A DNA stretch of 64,000 nt. It comes from Somniosus microcephalus. Lineage: Eukaryota. Below the pieces are notes generated by a model. It was not told the origin of the DNA and did no database searches. It saw nothing but the letters and a program-made list of their open reading frames with translations. The first letter of the stretch is position 1. Each line of letters begins with the position of its first letter. The stretch covers positions 258,292,001-258,356,000 of the forward strand of contig CM126209.1 in the NCBI GenBank assembly GCA_052327205.1, given 5' to 3'. Position numbers and translations under genes: made by a program. Shown one piece after another: positions 23,406 to 37,494 of the stretch.

Positions 23406-24006
23406 TGTACTACAGTTTATTACAGCCTTGTGGATATTTCTGACTGTTGCGAAAAATTGTCTCTAGAACAGAATTACAATGAATAGTTTAAGATCGGATA
23501 TAAAGAATTTGCTTAGAAGAAATAAAGGCATTTGAACGTAAAGAGCCAGCATAAATCGTTGGGTTGAGCAATTCGATTACATTTATACTCCATCTATGAT
23601 TATTCCATCATGGCTTTAGAAACGTCCACCATCAGATGATTACTTGCCATAAAACAAACAATCGGTGACATTAAGATTTCTATAATTCTCGGCCTCTCTT
23701 CCAAACAGCGATCCAGTCAGCTCCATTATAAAATTGTTCTTTGACCTCGAATCAACTCCAGTCCCTGTGCCACGCATTCACTAACCTGTGAAATAATTGT
23801 TTTTCTAATCTGTAATCTTGCTCGATTATTGAGAACTTTCTGCTTACTTCACCTAATATTACAATTAGTGTTCAAGTTATGTCACTTGTTATATTCAATT
23901 TTATCGGCAGCTTTCAATATTTTAAAGACTTGCATACATATATCCCTCTATCTTCTTTTCTAAAGTGAAAATTAATGCAACTCCCTTTACTCAAAACGTA
24001 CTAGAT

Positions 24007-24383
24007 AACATAGAAACATAGAAGCAGGAGTAGGCCATTCGGCCCTTCGAGCCTGCTCCGCCATTCAACGAGATCATGGCTGATCATCCAAACCCTAGCA
24101 CCCGGTCCCTACACCGACAGCCATCCCACCCGAGCCCTATCCCCGTAACCCTGTAACCCCACGTATTTAATCCCCCCTAACACTAAGGGTCAATTTTTTT
24201 TTATCATGGCCAATCAACCTAACCCACACATCTTTGGACTGTGGGAGGAAACCGGAGCACTCGGAGAAAACCCACGCAAACACGGGGAGAATGTGCAAAC
24301 TCCACACAGACAGTCACCCGAGGCCGGATTTGAACCTGGGTCCCATGCCACTGTGAGGCAACAGTGCTAACCACTATGCCACC
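24007..24383 (-). mobile_element. HE1-like V-SINE (tRNA-derived) with CR1-type tail
   Basis: Minus strand has the A box GGTGGCATAGTGGTTAGCAC, B box GGTTCAAATCC, V-domain GTGGAGTTTGCACATTCTCCCCGTG...TTTCCTCCCACAGTCCAAAGA, and a CR1-like tail ending (TTTCTATG)n. Confidence 0.85.
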
Positions 24384-25187
24384 TAGAATCATCATGTTCA
24401 CCCTTCAACCTCTTTCTAATTCAGGTATAACCCTATTGACCATACTCCAGCAATCTCCATAGTTTGTTTAATGTCAGTATAAATTGTCATGACTTGAAAA
24501 CCAGTACTTCCAGGCTCATCTCCATTCTCAATTTGCCTTACTACTAACACTTTTACATTCACTAGATGCTTTCAGGGTATAGTATATGATTAATCTCATA
24601 ACTATTTTTATTTACTTTTACAGCCTAGGCCTGTGGAGAACTTCATTTGTTTCTTTTATACAGGCTTACTGATACCTGTTAATATACGTATTATCTTATT
24701 TTTAATCCACATTAACATGCATATTTCATACCTCAATGCAACTTTTGTAATTGGTACATGCCACTCAGATAATAATCATCTTTCTTCCACCTCACCACCT
24801 GCCCACATACCTCTGTGTCACTAGAGAAACTAACAACACTACAGCACCGTGTCCTTATGATTTATAAACTTTGTGAACGGTGGGACTACAAAAGCATCCT
24901 TGAAAAAATAACGGGTGGAAATACTAACCAATGCTTCGAGCACTGAGCCAATTCTCATTCCACCTAGACCATGTGCCATCAATTCCATGAGTCTTAAACT
25001 CCAGAACCAGTCTCACTTGTGGGCTGTCGTCAAATGTCCAATGAAAATCTAAGTAAACTACATCTAACGATTTAACTTAACTTAGTTACCTCTCAAATAA
25101 TTCCAATATATTGGTAAGGTGCAGCCTTTCGTTTCTAAAACCTTTTTAGGATACCTGTGCTCCCCAGCAATCATTTGTAGCTTCCTA

Positions 25188-25550
25188 GAAACATAGAAAC
25201 ATAGAAGATAGGAGCAGGAGTAGGGCATCCGGCCCCTCGAGCCTGCTCCGCCATTCAATGAGATCATGGCTGATCATCCAAATTCAGTACCCTGTCCCTG
25301 CTTTCTCCCCATATCCCTTGATCCCTTTAGCCTTAAGAAATATATCCAACTCCTTCTTGAATATATTTAATGAATTGGCCTCTACTGCCCTCTGTGGTAG
25401 AGAATTCCACAGGTTCACCACTCTCTGGGTGAAGAAATTCCTCCTCATCTCTGTCCTAAATGGCCTACCCCTTATCCTTACACTGTGACCCCTGGTTCTG
25501 GACTCCCCGACCATCGGGAACATCCTTCCTGCATCTAGTCTGTCTAGTCC
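25188..25550 (-). mobile_element. CR1 LINE 3' fragment
   Basis: SRTRGH...RRNFFTQRVVNLWNSLP plus CR1 tail. Confidence 0.9.
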
Positions 25551-26823
25551 TATCAGATGGTTATCCAATGCTTTTTCTCATTGGATGTTGGGTGAACTGT
25601 TGTGTTATTACCAGTACAGTGCTTCACCCTTTTTTTGAATATTGAAACTGCACGTTGTCCTTAGGTCCTTAGGTCCTTAGGTGCTGTATTTATAGAACTC
25701 AGAAAGTATTAACAGGTCTCAATTAATATTTCATTACGACACGTTGTGGTGATTCGGCCAATCCTACAATTTCCTGTTATAATTCTTCACATTGATTTTA
25801 GTAGTGCCAACATTCATCCGTAGATTCAGGATGTGCTGATTAAAATTCAAATCCAGGAGAGAAGGATGGCGCATTTCATTCGCACACTGCCCTTTTTGCT
25901 CCCGTGCATGAGCTTCAATTCCGACCAGTCTAATTGGCTGAAATTATCATCTCTCCTTTTGCTGTCAAGGGCCAGATGTTACAGGTCCCAGTCACCTACC
26001 TTATCTTTAGAGTGTGATGGGGTGTGAGGGAATGGCTGGAGTTGGACGGTACAGTCTCTCCAGAAAGATCGAGATTTTTTGCACATTTTTACACATATGC
26101 ACAGAAGTCCATTCACTGGTATCTAAATATCAGTTAAAACTGATCTGGTGTAGGTGCTGATTCACTGTTGACACCAATTTGATTCAGAGCGAATAGTTTT
26201 AAATTTTGACTGACATGAACTCAGTGATTCTGCAAATTCTTTGAAGGCCACCGATACAAGTCAACCTGACCAGTTAGGTTATTCTGGAACGCAGAAACCT
26301 CCTGATATTAATTACTTACATCTATCTATCTGAGACCACAACAACTTAGAAGTAAGCAACTTGTTTGCAGTACGTGACTGCACTAATATTCTGCTGCCAA
26401 GGAAGGTGTCCTGTACTGGCATGAATATACATGTATGTTGAGGTCCTCTCCAGATAGTTAAAATTCAACCGCTTCGAGAGTGGGGGGCAATGTCAACACT
26501 TGCTATACATCTAAAGAAACTCCAGTGCGTTTAAAAGTGTCCACAGAATCTAATGGGCTTCCAGGACACTTGTTAAACCCAATTGAACAACGCATTTGAG
26601 TTACCTATATTCGCAAATGAACGGAAATACATCCTGGGAGATACGACTACATAGCAGTGATGCTGGCATGTTGACTGGAAGTGAAATAGTGCAGAAAACT
26701 GCGAATAATGCATTTAAGACATCAATCCCTTACCCTCGCTTCAATGTGCTGTATTTACCCCAAACACCTGTACATCTGAATCAAAATTTTGAGGATTTTC
26801 ACCTCTTTTTAGAAGCACCTCAC

Positions 26824-29292
26824 CTCATTGTTTACAATGTTGCTGTAATTTACAGAACTCATCATTCCTGGATTTTCATTCCCGATAGATTCATTCTGGA
26901 CATAACGAGTGTCTGTAGAAGTCCTGCATGTGTTGGGATTGATGATGTCTCTCTTCGTCGACTGCAATGTTGAACATGATTCGTAACGGAAACTCTGAGA
27001 AAGTGGATCACCCCCGAATACCTCAACGTAGTTCGGTGGTATCTGAAGGTTTCTACTGGCCTTCTGAATTCCATTCAGAGAATTTCTTGTTTCAAAGCAG
27101 CAACAAACACCCAGGGAACACTGCTGTCCTCCTAAACCATTTCTGCTTTTAAGAATCTTAACAGCCAAGATAATCAAAATCACTAGAAAAATGATAGAAA
27201 TTATCCCTAAGGCGATGACCAAGGAAAGGCTCATATCAGGATTGAATCCAGGGTCTTCAGGTAAACCACTCACATTAGAAAACATTTCAGTAGCGCTTCC
27301 CACCACAGATAGGATAATAGTCACAGTGGCAGAAAGGGATGGTGTTCCATTGTCTCTTACCACAATCACCAATCTTTGCTTAGAGGCATCTTTATTCGCA
27401 ATACGACGGATAGTCCAAATTTCTCCAGTGTCTGGTGAAATAGTAAAAAGGTTATGATGGGTAGCCTGAAAAATCTGATAAGAAAGACGAGCATTCTGAC
27501 CGGCGTCAGCATCAGTGCCCGATACCTTGGCAACCAAGTAGCCTGGTTCTGCAAGCCTGGATATTGTCTCTGTTGCTGACCACCCATATTCGGGTAATGG
27601 GTGCACGATCACTGGAACATTGTCATTCTGATCAAGGATAACAACATCCACTGAAACGTTGCTGGCGAGTGTTGGGACTCCAGAATCCTGGACCTGAACT
27701 TGGAACTGAAAGTTTTTCAATTGCTCGTAGTCAAAAGATCTCTGAGCAAATATGACGCCACTCTCTGAGTTTATAGCGACGTAACTGGCTGCCGAGGCGC
27801 CCTGAACTTGCGTCTCCAGGATAGAGTAGTTCAGTCGAGCGTTGTGTCCTACATCTGGATCGACGGCTGTCACTGAGAATATGGAAGTCCCAATGACGTT
27901 GTTCTCCATCACGTTTGCCGTGTATAAATGCTGCGTAAACCTTGGTGCGTTGTCATTTATATCCGAAACCTCTACCCGAATGGTTTTCTTAGATGTGAGA
28001 GGGGGGTTTCCTGCATCCCGGCATGTTATAATAACGTCATACCTGGAGATTTGTTCGCGGTCCAGTAGTTGCTGAATCAGCAGTCTATAATAGTTCTTCA
28101 GAGATGAATCTAACTTAAAGGGTAGTTTATTTGTTATCTGACATTGTACCTGCCCGTTTAGTCCCGAATCTTTGTCTGCTACGCTGAACAGAGCCACTAC
28201 AGTCTCAAGCGGAGCATCTTCTGAAACTGTACTTGACAAAGACGTCAAAGTCACCTCAGGTGCGTTATCATTCACATCAATGATGTCCACCAACACATCA
28301 CAGTGCTCCGGTACTGCGCCAGTACCCTTGTCCATTGCTTGTATACTAATCTCAAAGACACTGCTTTCTTCATAGTCTAAATTCCCTTTCACTCTGATTT
28401 CACCAGTTTTAGAATCCACGTCAAATAGTTCACGGACTTTAGCGGCCGTATGGCTACTGAGCGAGTACATTATCTCCCCATTGGGACCATCGTCCAAGTC
28501 AGTGGCATTTAATGTGATTATCAGGGTTCCTGTGGGTGCACTTTCCAATAGGCTGATCCTATAAACCGACTGGGAGAAAATAGGCGCGTTGTCGTTAATA
28601 TCCTTTACTATGATTGTAACCTGAACAGTACCCGATCTTACAGGGACCCCGCCGTCCTTGGCTATTAGCTTTAGCCTGTGGGTGGATTCTGTTTCTCTGT
28701 CCAAGGATCTCTGCAACACCAACACTGGCAACTTTCTTCCCCCTCTGCCCATCTGTACATCGAGAATAAAACAATCGTTCAGGGGGAGCTGGTAGGTTTG
28801 TACTGAGTTGTTTCCAATGTCCGGATCGTGCGCGGACTCGAAGGGGAAGCGCGTTCCCGGCGCAGCAAGCTCGGAGATTTCAAGGCGGAGCTCGTCCTTT
28901 GGAAAACTGGGAGCATTGTCATTTACATCCAGAATCTCCACTTCAACCTGATACAGATTGAGGGGATTTTCAAGCACAACATCCAAGGTTAACACACAAG
29001 TGAGGCTCGGCCCGCATACATTTTCTCGGTCAATCTTCTCCTTAACAAACAAAATTCCATTGTCTAAATTTACGTCCAAATTCTGTTTGCTGGAGCCGGG
29101 CACAATCCGTAAACTGCGAGCCGAGAGCTGCTTTACATCTAAACCCAAATCGGCGGCGATATTCCCAACAAAGGCGCCCAGTTGCAGTTCTTCAGGAATC
29201 GAATAATGAATCCTCCCAGAAACGAGATTCCACGAGGAGAACACACAGAACAATAGTTGGCATTTCAGCAAGAAATATATTTTAAATCTCAT
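26824..29292 (-). CDS. Clustered protocadherin variable exon V4
   Basis: Same architecture as V1. ATG at 29292, donor GAG|GTGAGG at 26824. Confidence 0.95.
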
Positions 29293-29496
29293 TTCCAACG
29301 TAAAACATCCCAAATTTTTCAGTACGAGATCGCACCGTTCATTATCCTTGAGCAGTTCTTTGGATATATATTTTAAAACTCGAAGAACTACGATGTACCA
29401 AATACCTGCACGTTTTGTGAATCGCTCGGCTTATTTCATTTAAATCTTCTCATTTTGTCGAAAATTGCCACTGGATTCTTGCACAAATCGTTCGGA

Positions 29497-29710
29497 GCTG
29501 CTCGCTATCCAATGTTACACTGCGTCTGATCTTACGTGATGGTGGCTGGGTAGTGAAGGGGGCAGGCCGGATCACCAGTCATATCTCAGCTTCTGATTGG
29601 TGAACACAGGCACATTGAAATTCAACCAATCAGAATAGGATTCGTTTCTTAAAGCTGGAAGGTCATAAACCGCAGCAGAACACTTACATTTATCGTTGTA
29701 CAATTAAAAT
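29497..29710 (-). promoter_or_regulatory. Conserved Pcdh promoter module, V4
   Basis: ATTGG 29596 and CCAAT 29626, with the flanking motifs intact. Confidence 0.75.
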
Positions 29711-29819
29711 TGTACTACGGTTTATTACAGCATTGTGGGTATTTCAGGCTGTTGCGAGAAAATTGTCTCTAGAACAGAATTACAATGAATAGTTTAAGAT
29801 CGGATATAAATAATTTGCT

Positions 29820-31320
29820 TAGAAGAAAGAAAGGCAGATGAACGTAAAGTGCCGGCATAAATCAATTTATACTCCATCTATGATTATTCCATCATGGCTT
29901 TCCAAACCTCCACCACCTGATGATTACTTGCCATAAAACAAACAATCGGTGCCATTAAGATTTCTATAATTCTCCGCCTCTCTTCCAAACAGCGATCCAT
30001 TCAGCCTGCTTATTAAATTGTTCTTTGACCTCGAATCCACTCATGTCCCGGTGCCACGCATCCACTAACCTGTGAAATAACTGTTTTTCTAATCTGTAAT
30101 CTTGCTCAATTATTGAGAACTTTCTGCTTACTTCGCCTAGTCTTACAATTAGTGTTCAAGTTAAGTCACTTGTTATATTCAATTTTATCGGTAGTTTTCA
30201 GTTTTTTAAAGACTTGCTTACATATATCCCTCTATCTTCTTTTCTAAAGTGAACATTAATGCAGCTCCCTTTAATCAAAACGTACTAGATGATCTAAAGT
30301 CTTCATGTTCAACCTTCAAACTCTTTCTAATTCCGGTATAACCCTATTGACCATACTCCAGTACTCTAAATAGTTTGTTTAATGTCAGTATATATTGTTA
30401 TGACTTGAAAACCAGTACTTCTGGGCTCATCTCCAGTCTCAATTTGCCTTATTACTAACACTTTTACATTCACTACATGCTTGCAGTGTATAATATATGA
30501 TCACTCCATTAACTATTTATATTTACTTTTACAGCCTAGGCCAGTGGAGAACTTTATATGTTTATTTTATACAGGCTTACTGATACCTGTTAATATATGT
30601 ATTATCTTATTTTTAATCCACATTAACATGCACATTTCATACCTCAAGGCAAATTTTGTAATTGGTACATACCACTCTGAGAATAATCATGTTTCTTCCA
30701 CCTCACTACCTGCCCACATACCTCCGTCTCACTAGAAAAAGTAATAACACTACAACACCGTGTCCTTATGATTTGTATACTTTGTGAACGGTGGGAATAC
30801 AAAAGACTCCTTGCAAAAATAACGGCTGGAAATAGTAACCAATGCTTCCAGCACTGAGCCAATTCTCATTCCACCTAGACCATGTGCCATCTATTCCATG
30901 AGTTTTAAACTCCAGAACCAGTCTTACTTGTGGACTGTTGTCAAATGTCCATTGAAAATCTAAGTAAACTACATCTAATGATTTAACTTAATTAGTTACC
31001 TCTCAAATAAATCCAATCTATTGGTAAGTTGCAGCCTTTCATTTTTATAGCCTTTTTTAGGATACCTGTGCTTCCCAGCAATCATTTGTAGCTTCATACA
31101 AATGGTTAGCAAGTGCTTTCTCTCTTTGGATGTTGGGTATACTGTTGTGTTATTACCAGTACAGTGCTTCACCCTTTTTTTGAATATTGAAACTGCACGT
31201 TGCCCTTAGGTTCCTAGGTGCTGTACTTATAGAACTCAGAAAGTATTAACAGGTCTCAATTAATGTTACATTACGACATGTTTTGGTGATTCAGCCAAAC
31301 CTACAATTTCCTGTTGTAAT
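29820..31320 (-). mobile_element. Ancient decayed CR1 fossil present in every spacer of the array (uninterrupted copy)
   Basis: Collinear similarity to young minus-strand CR1s: TGTGGACTGTTGTCAAATGTCCATTGAAAATCTAAGTAAACTACATC versus TGCGGGACCTTATCGAAAGCCTTCTGAAAGTCCAAATACACCACATC (near 36663), and GTTACCTCTCAAATAAATCC versus GTTACATCCTCAAAAATTTCC. Boundaries are approximate. Confidence 0.65.
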
Positions 31321-32352
31321 TCACCACATTGATTTTAGTTGTGCCAACGTTCATCCGTAGATCCAGGATGTGCTGATTAAAATTCAAATCCAGGAGAGAA
31401 GGATGGCATATTACATTAGCACACTGCCCTTTTTGCTCTCGTGCATGAGCTTCAATTCCGACCAGACTAATTGGCTGAATTTATCATCTCTCCTTTTGCT
31501 GTCAAGCGCCAGATATTACTGGTCCCTGTCACCTACCATATCTTTAGAGTGTGATGGGGTGTGAGCGAGTGGCTGGAGTTGGAAGGTGCCGTCTCTCCAG
31601 AAAGGGCGAGATATTTTGCACATTTTTACACATATGTACAGAAGTCCATTCACTGGTATTTAAAGATCAGTTAAAAGTGATCCGATGTAGGTGCTAATTC
31701 TCTGTTGACACTAATATGATTCAAAGTGAATAGTTTTAAATAGTGAACTGACAAGAACTCAGTAATTCTGCAAATTCTCTGAAGGCTACCGATACAAAAC
31801 AACCTGATCAGTTAGGTTATTCTGGAACGCAGAAACCTCCTGATATTAATTAATTAAATCGATCTATCTGAGACCAAAACAACTTAGAAGTAAGCAACCT
31901 GTTTGCAGTACGTGGATGCACTTATATTCTGCTGCCAAGGAAAGTGTCCTGTACTGGCATGAATATACATGTATGTAGAGTTGCTCTCCAGATAGTTAAA
32001 ATTCAACCGTTTAGAGGCTGGGGGGCAATGTCAACACTTGCTATACATCTAAAGAAACTCCATTGGGTTTAAAAGTGTCCACAGAATCCTGTGGGCTTCC
32101 AGGACACTTGTTAAACCCAAATGAACAATGCATTGGAGTTACCTATATTCGCAAAGGAACGTAAACACATCCTGGGAGATACGACTAAAGAGCAGTGATG
32201 CTGGCATGCTGACTGGAAGTGAAATAATGCAGAAAACTGCGAATGGTGCATTTAAGACACCAGTCCCTTACCCTCGCTTCAATGTAACCCAAAAACCTGT
32301 ACAAGTGAATCAAACTTTTGAGGATTTTCACCTCTTTTTAGAAGCGCCTCAC

Positions 32353-34818
32353 CTCATTGTTTACAGTGTTGCTGTAATTTACAGAATTCATCATTCCTGG
32401 ATTTTCTTTCCCGATAGATTCATTCCGGACATAACGCATGTCTGTAGATAATCTGCAGGTGTTGGGGTTGATGATGTCTCTCTTCATCGAATGCAATGTT
32501 GAACATGATTCGTAGCGGAAACTCTGAGAAAGTGGATCACCCCCGAATACCTCAACGTAATTCGGTGGTATCTGAAGGTTTCTACTGGCCTTCTGAATTC
32601 CATTCAGAGAATTTCTTGTTTCAAAGCAGCAACAAACACCTAGGGAACACTGATGTCCTCCTAAACCATTTCTGCTTTTATGAATCTTAACAGCCAGGAT
32701 AATCAAAATCACTAGAAAAATGATAGAAATTATCCCTAAGGCGATGACCAAGTAAAGGCTCATATCAGGATTGAATCCAGGGTCTTCAGGTAAACCACTC
32801 ACATTAGAAAACATTTCAGTATTGCTTCCCACCACAGATAGGATGATAGTCACAGTGGCAGAAAGGGATGGTGTTCCATTGTCTCTTACCACAATCACCA
32901 ATCTTTGCTTAGAGGCATCTTTATTCGCAATACGACGGATAGTCCAAATTTCTCCAGTGTCTGGTGAAATAGTAAAAAGGTTATGATGGGTGGCCTGAAA
33001 AATCTGATAAGAAAGACGAGCATTCTGACCGGCGTCAGCATCAGTGGCTGATACCTTGGCAACCAAGTAGCCTGGTTCTGCAAGCCTGGATATTGTCTCT
33101 GTTGCTGTCCACCCATACTCGGGTAATGGGTGCACGATCACTGGAACATTGTCATTCTGATCAAGGATAACAACATCCACTGAAACGTTGCTGGCAAGTG
33201 GTGGGACTCCAGAATCCTGGACCTGAAGTTGGATCTGAAAGTTTTTCAATTGCTCGTAGTCAAAAGATCTCTGAGCAAATATGACGCCACTCTCTGAGTT
33301 TATGGCGACATAACCGTCTACTGAGGCGCCCTGAACTTGAGTCTCCAGGATAGAGTAGTTCAGTCGAGCGTTCTGTCCTACATCTGGATCGACGGCTGTC
33401 ACTGAGAATATGGAAGTCCCAATGACGTTGTTCTCCATCACGTTTGCCGTGTATAAATGCTGCGTAAACCTTGGTGCGTTGTCATTTATATCCGAAACCT
33501 CTACCCGAATGGTTTTCTTGGATGTGAGAGGAGGATTTCCCGCATCCCGGCATGTTATAGTAACGTCATACCTGGAGGTATGTTCGCGGTCCAGTAGATG
33601 CTGAATGAGCAGTCTATAATAGTTCTTCATAGATGAATCTAACTTAAAGGGTAGTTTATTTGTTATCTGACATTGTACCTGCCCGTTTAGTGTCGAATCT
33701 TTGTCTGCTGCGCTGAACAGAGCCACTACAGTCTCAAGCGGAGCATCTTCTGAAACTGTACTTGACAAAGACGTCAAAATCACCTCAGGTGCGTTGTCAT
33801 TCACATCAATAATGTCCACCAAAACATCACAGTGTTCAGCAACTGCGTCAGAGCCCTTGTCCGTTGCTTGTATGTTAATCTCAAAGGCACTGATTTCTTC
33901 ATAGTCCAAATTCCCTTTTACTCTGATTTCACCAGTTTTAGAATCCACGTTAAATAGTTCACGGACTTTAGCGGAATTATGGCTACTGAGCGAGTATATT
34001 ATCTCCCCATTTAGACCATCGTCTAAGTCAGTGGCGTTTAATGTGATTACAAGAGTTCCTGTGGGTGCAGTTTCCAACAGGCTGAGCCTATAAACCGACT
34101 GGGGGAAAACCGCAGCGTTGTCATTAGTATCCTTTACTATGATTGTAACCTGAACAGTGCCCGATCTTACAGGGATCCCGCCGTCCTTGGCTATTAGCGT
34201 TAACCTGTGGGTGGATTCCGTTTCTCTGTCCAAGGAACTCTGTAACACCAATACTGGATACTTTCCTTTCCCACTACGCATTTTTACATCGAGAATAAAA
34301 TAATCGTTCGGGAGGAGCTGGTAGGTTTGTACTGAGTTGTTTCCAATGTCCGGATCGTGCGCGGACTCGAGGGGGAAGCGCGCTCCCGGCGCAGCAAGCT
34401 CGGAGATTTCAAGGCGGTGCTCGTCCTTTGGAAAACTGGGAGCATTGTCATTTACATCGAGAATCTCCACTTCAACCTGATACAGATTGAGGGGATTTTC
34501 AAGCACAACATCCAAAGTTAACACACAAGTGAGGCTCGGCCCGCAAATCTGTTCTCTGTCAATTTTATCCTTGATAAACAAAATTCCATTGTCTAAATTT
34601 ACGTCCACATACTGTTCGCTGGGCCCGGCCACAATCCGCAAACTGCGAGCCGAGAGCTGCTTCACATCTAAACCCAAATCGGCGGCGATATTCCCAACAA
34701 AGGCGCCCAGTTGCAGCTCTTCAGGAATCGAATAGCGAATCTTCCCAGAAACTAGGTTCCACAAGAATACCCAGAGCAATATTTGGCATTTTAGCAACCA
34801 ATATATTTTAAATCTCAT
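32353..34818 (-). CDS. Clustered protocadherin variable exon V5
   Basis: Same architecture as V1. ATG at 34818, donor GAG|GTGAGG at 32353. Confidence 0.95.
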
Positions 34819-35017
34819 TTCCAGCGTAAAACATTCCAATTTTCTCAGTACGAGACCGCACCTTTCATTATTCTTGTAACAGTTACTTGGATTTATTTAT
34901 CTCGAATGACTACGATGCACCAAATACCTGCACATTTTGCGAATCGCTCGGCTTATTTCACTTAAATCTCCTCATTTTGACTAAAATTGTCACTGGATTC
35001 TTGCACAAATCCTTCGG

Positions 35018-35232
35018 AGCTGCTCGCTATCCAATGTTACAGTGCGTCTGATCTTACGTGACGGTGTCTGGGTTGTGAAGGGGGCAGGCCGGATCACCAG
35101 TCACATCTCAGCTTCTGATTGGTGAACAGAGGCACATTGAAATTCAACCAGTCAGAATACTCTTCATTTCTTAAAGCTGGAAGGTCTCAAACAGGCGCAG
35201 AATATTTATATTTATTGTTGCACAATTATAAA
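35018..35232 (-). promoter_or_regulatory. Conserved Pcdh promoter module, V5
   Basis: Same motif order; the distal box reads CCAGTCAGAA. Confidence 0.75.
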
Positions 35233-35505
35233 TGGAAATAAGTTTTATTTTACTATTGTGGACATTTCTGTCTATTGCGAAAACTTAGCTCGAGATTGTA
35301 ACTCCAAGGAATATCTAACAGAACAGCAATTGAGAATCTGCCATAGAAAAATAAAAGCTTAAATCTTCGGGCACATTAATTCAATTCCATTCATAGCCCA
35401 TGTCTGACTATTGAACCATGCTTTTCCAACCTTTACCACCTGCTAATTCATACTTCAGGAAGACTTAATTATTTCCCCATACTCCCATAAAACATATTAA
35501 TAGGT

Positions 35506-36897
35506 ACATAGAAACATAGAAGATAGGAGCAGGAGTAGGCCATTCGGCCCCTCGAGCCTGCTCCGCCATTCAATGAGATCATGGCTAATCATCCAAACTC
35601 AGTACCCTGTCCCTGCTTTCTCCCCATATCCCTTAATCCCTTCAACTTTAAGAAATATATCTAACTCCGTCTTGAATATATTTAAAGAATTGGCCTCAAC
35701 TGCCTTCTGTGATAGAGAATTCCACAGGTTCACCACTCTCTGGGTGAGGAAATTCCTCCTAATTTCTGTCCTAAATGGCTTACCCCTTATCCTTAATCTG
35801 TGAGCCCTGGTTCTGGACTCCCCCGCCATCGGGAACATCCTTCCTGCATCTAGCCTGTCTAGTCCTGTTAGAATTTTATAAGTTTCAATGAGATCCCCTC
35901 TCATTCTTCTAAACTCCAGCGAGTATAAGCCCAATCGACCCAATCTCTCCGCATACGTCATTCCTGCCATCCCAGGTATCAGTCTGGTGAATCTTCGCTG
36001 CACTCGCTCCATGGCATGAACATCCTTCCTCAGATAAGGCGACCAAAACTGCACACAATACTCAAGGTGTGGTCTCACCAAGGCCCTGTGCAACTGCAGC
36101 AAGACATCCTTGTTCCTGTACTCAAACACTCTCGCTACAAAGGCCAACATACCATTTGCCTTCTTAACCGCCTGCTGCACCTGCATGCTTACCTTCAACG
36201 ACTGGTGCACAAGGACACCCAGGTCTCGTTGCACTTCCCCTTCTCCCAATCTATTGCCATTCAGATAATAATCTGCCTTCCTGTTTTTGACACCAAAGTG
36301 GATAACCTCGCATTAACCACATTATACTGCATCTGCCATGCATCTGCCCAATCTCCCAACCTGTCCAAATCATCCTGGAGTTTCTCAACATCCTCCTCAC
36401 AGCACACACGCCCACCCAGCTTTGTGTCGTCTGCAAATTTGGAGATATTACATCTAGTTCCCTCATCCAGATCATTAATATATATTGTGAATAGCTGGAG
36501 TCCTAGGACCAATCCCTGCGGTACCCCACTAGTCACTGCCTGCCACTCGGAAAAAGACCCGTTTATTCCAACTCTTTGCTTCCTGTCTGCCAACCAGTTC
36601 TCTATCCAAGTTAGTACCTTGCCCCCAATCCCATGTGCCTTAACTTTACACGCTAATCTCTTATGCGGGACCTTATCGAAAGCCTTCTGAAAGTCCAAAT
36701 ACACCACATCCACTGGTTCTCCCTTATCTATTCTACCAGTTACATCCTCAAAAATTTCCAGTAGATTAGTCAAGCACGATTTACCTTTTGTAAATCCATG
36801 TTGACTTTGTCCGATCCTGTCACTGTTTTCCAAGTGCTCTGCTATTACACCTTTTATAATGGACTCTAGCATTTTCCCCACTACCAATGGCAGGCTT
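35506..36897 (-). mobile_element. CR1 LINE 3' fragment (RT plus tail)
   Basis: QHGFTKGKSCLTNL, YLDFQKAFDKV, FADDTK, LVRPHLEYCVQFW. Same subfamily as the copies at 25188 and 50228. Confidence 0.92.
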
Positions 36898-37494
36898 ACC
36901 ATTAAGATTTACTTCATCCGTTCTTCTCTCATCCAAATGGCTAACCATCCAACCACCTTATAATTGTGCTTTTTGACCTCAAATCAACTTTCTCTGCCCC
37001 ACCCATCCACTAACTTGTGAAACAAATGTTGTTTTCTAATCTCTAATCTTGCTTGAATCTTGAGAATTTTATTCTTACATCTTCTCGTCTTAAACTCCGG
37101 TCCAATTAAGTGGCTGGTCATCTTCAAATTAGCTTATTATGTTCAATATTTTAAAGGCTTCCGTGCATTACCCCTCAATGCATTTCCTTAACCCTTTGGG
37201 CAAAACTTAATCCCCGAACTTCTAAAATCACCATGGTCACAGTTTAAACTCTTTTTTTAATGCAGGCATGATCTTTTAGAGGTAGGGTGATCATAACTGC
37301 AGACCATACTCCAGAACTAGTCATATGGTTAATTTGTACAATTTCAGCATAATTTGTTATGACTTCAAAACCACTTCTGCATGCTCCATTTGTCTTATGC
37401 CTCACTCTTTTACTACATGCTTTTACTACACTCTGACTAGATGCTTTCAGGTTAGGATCAATGATCACTCCTATATCTATGTTTTTCTTGTTTA

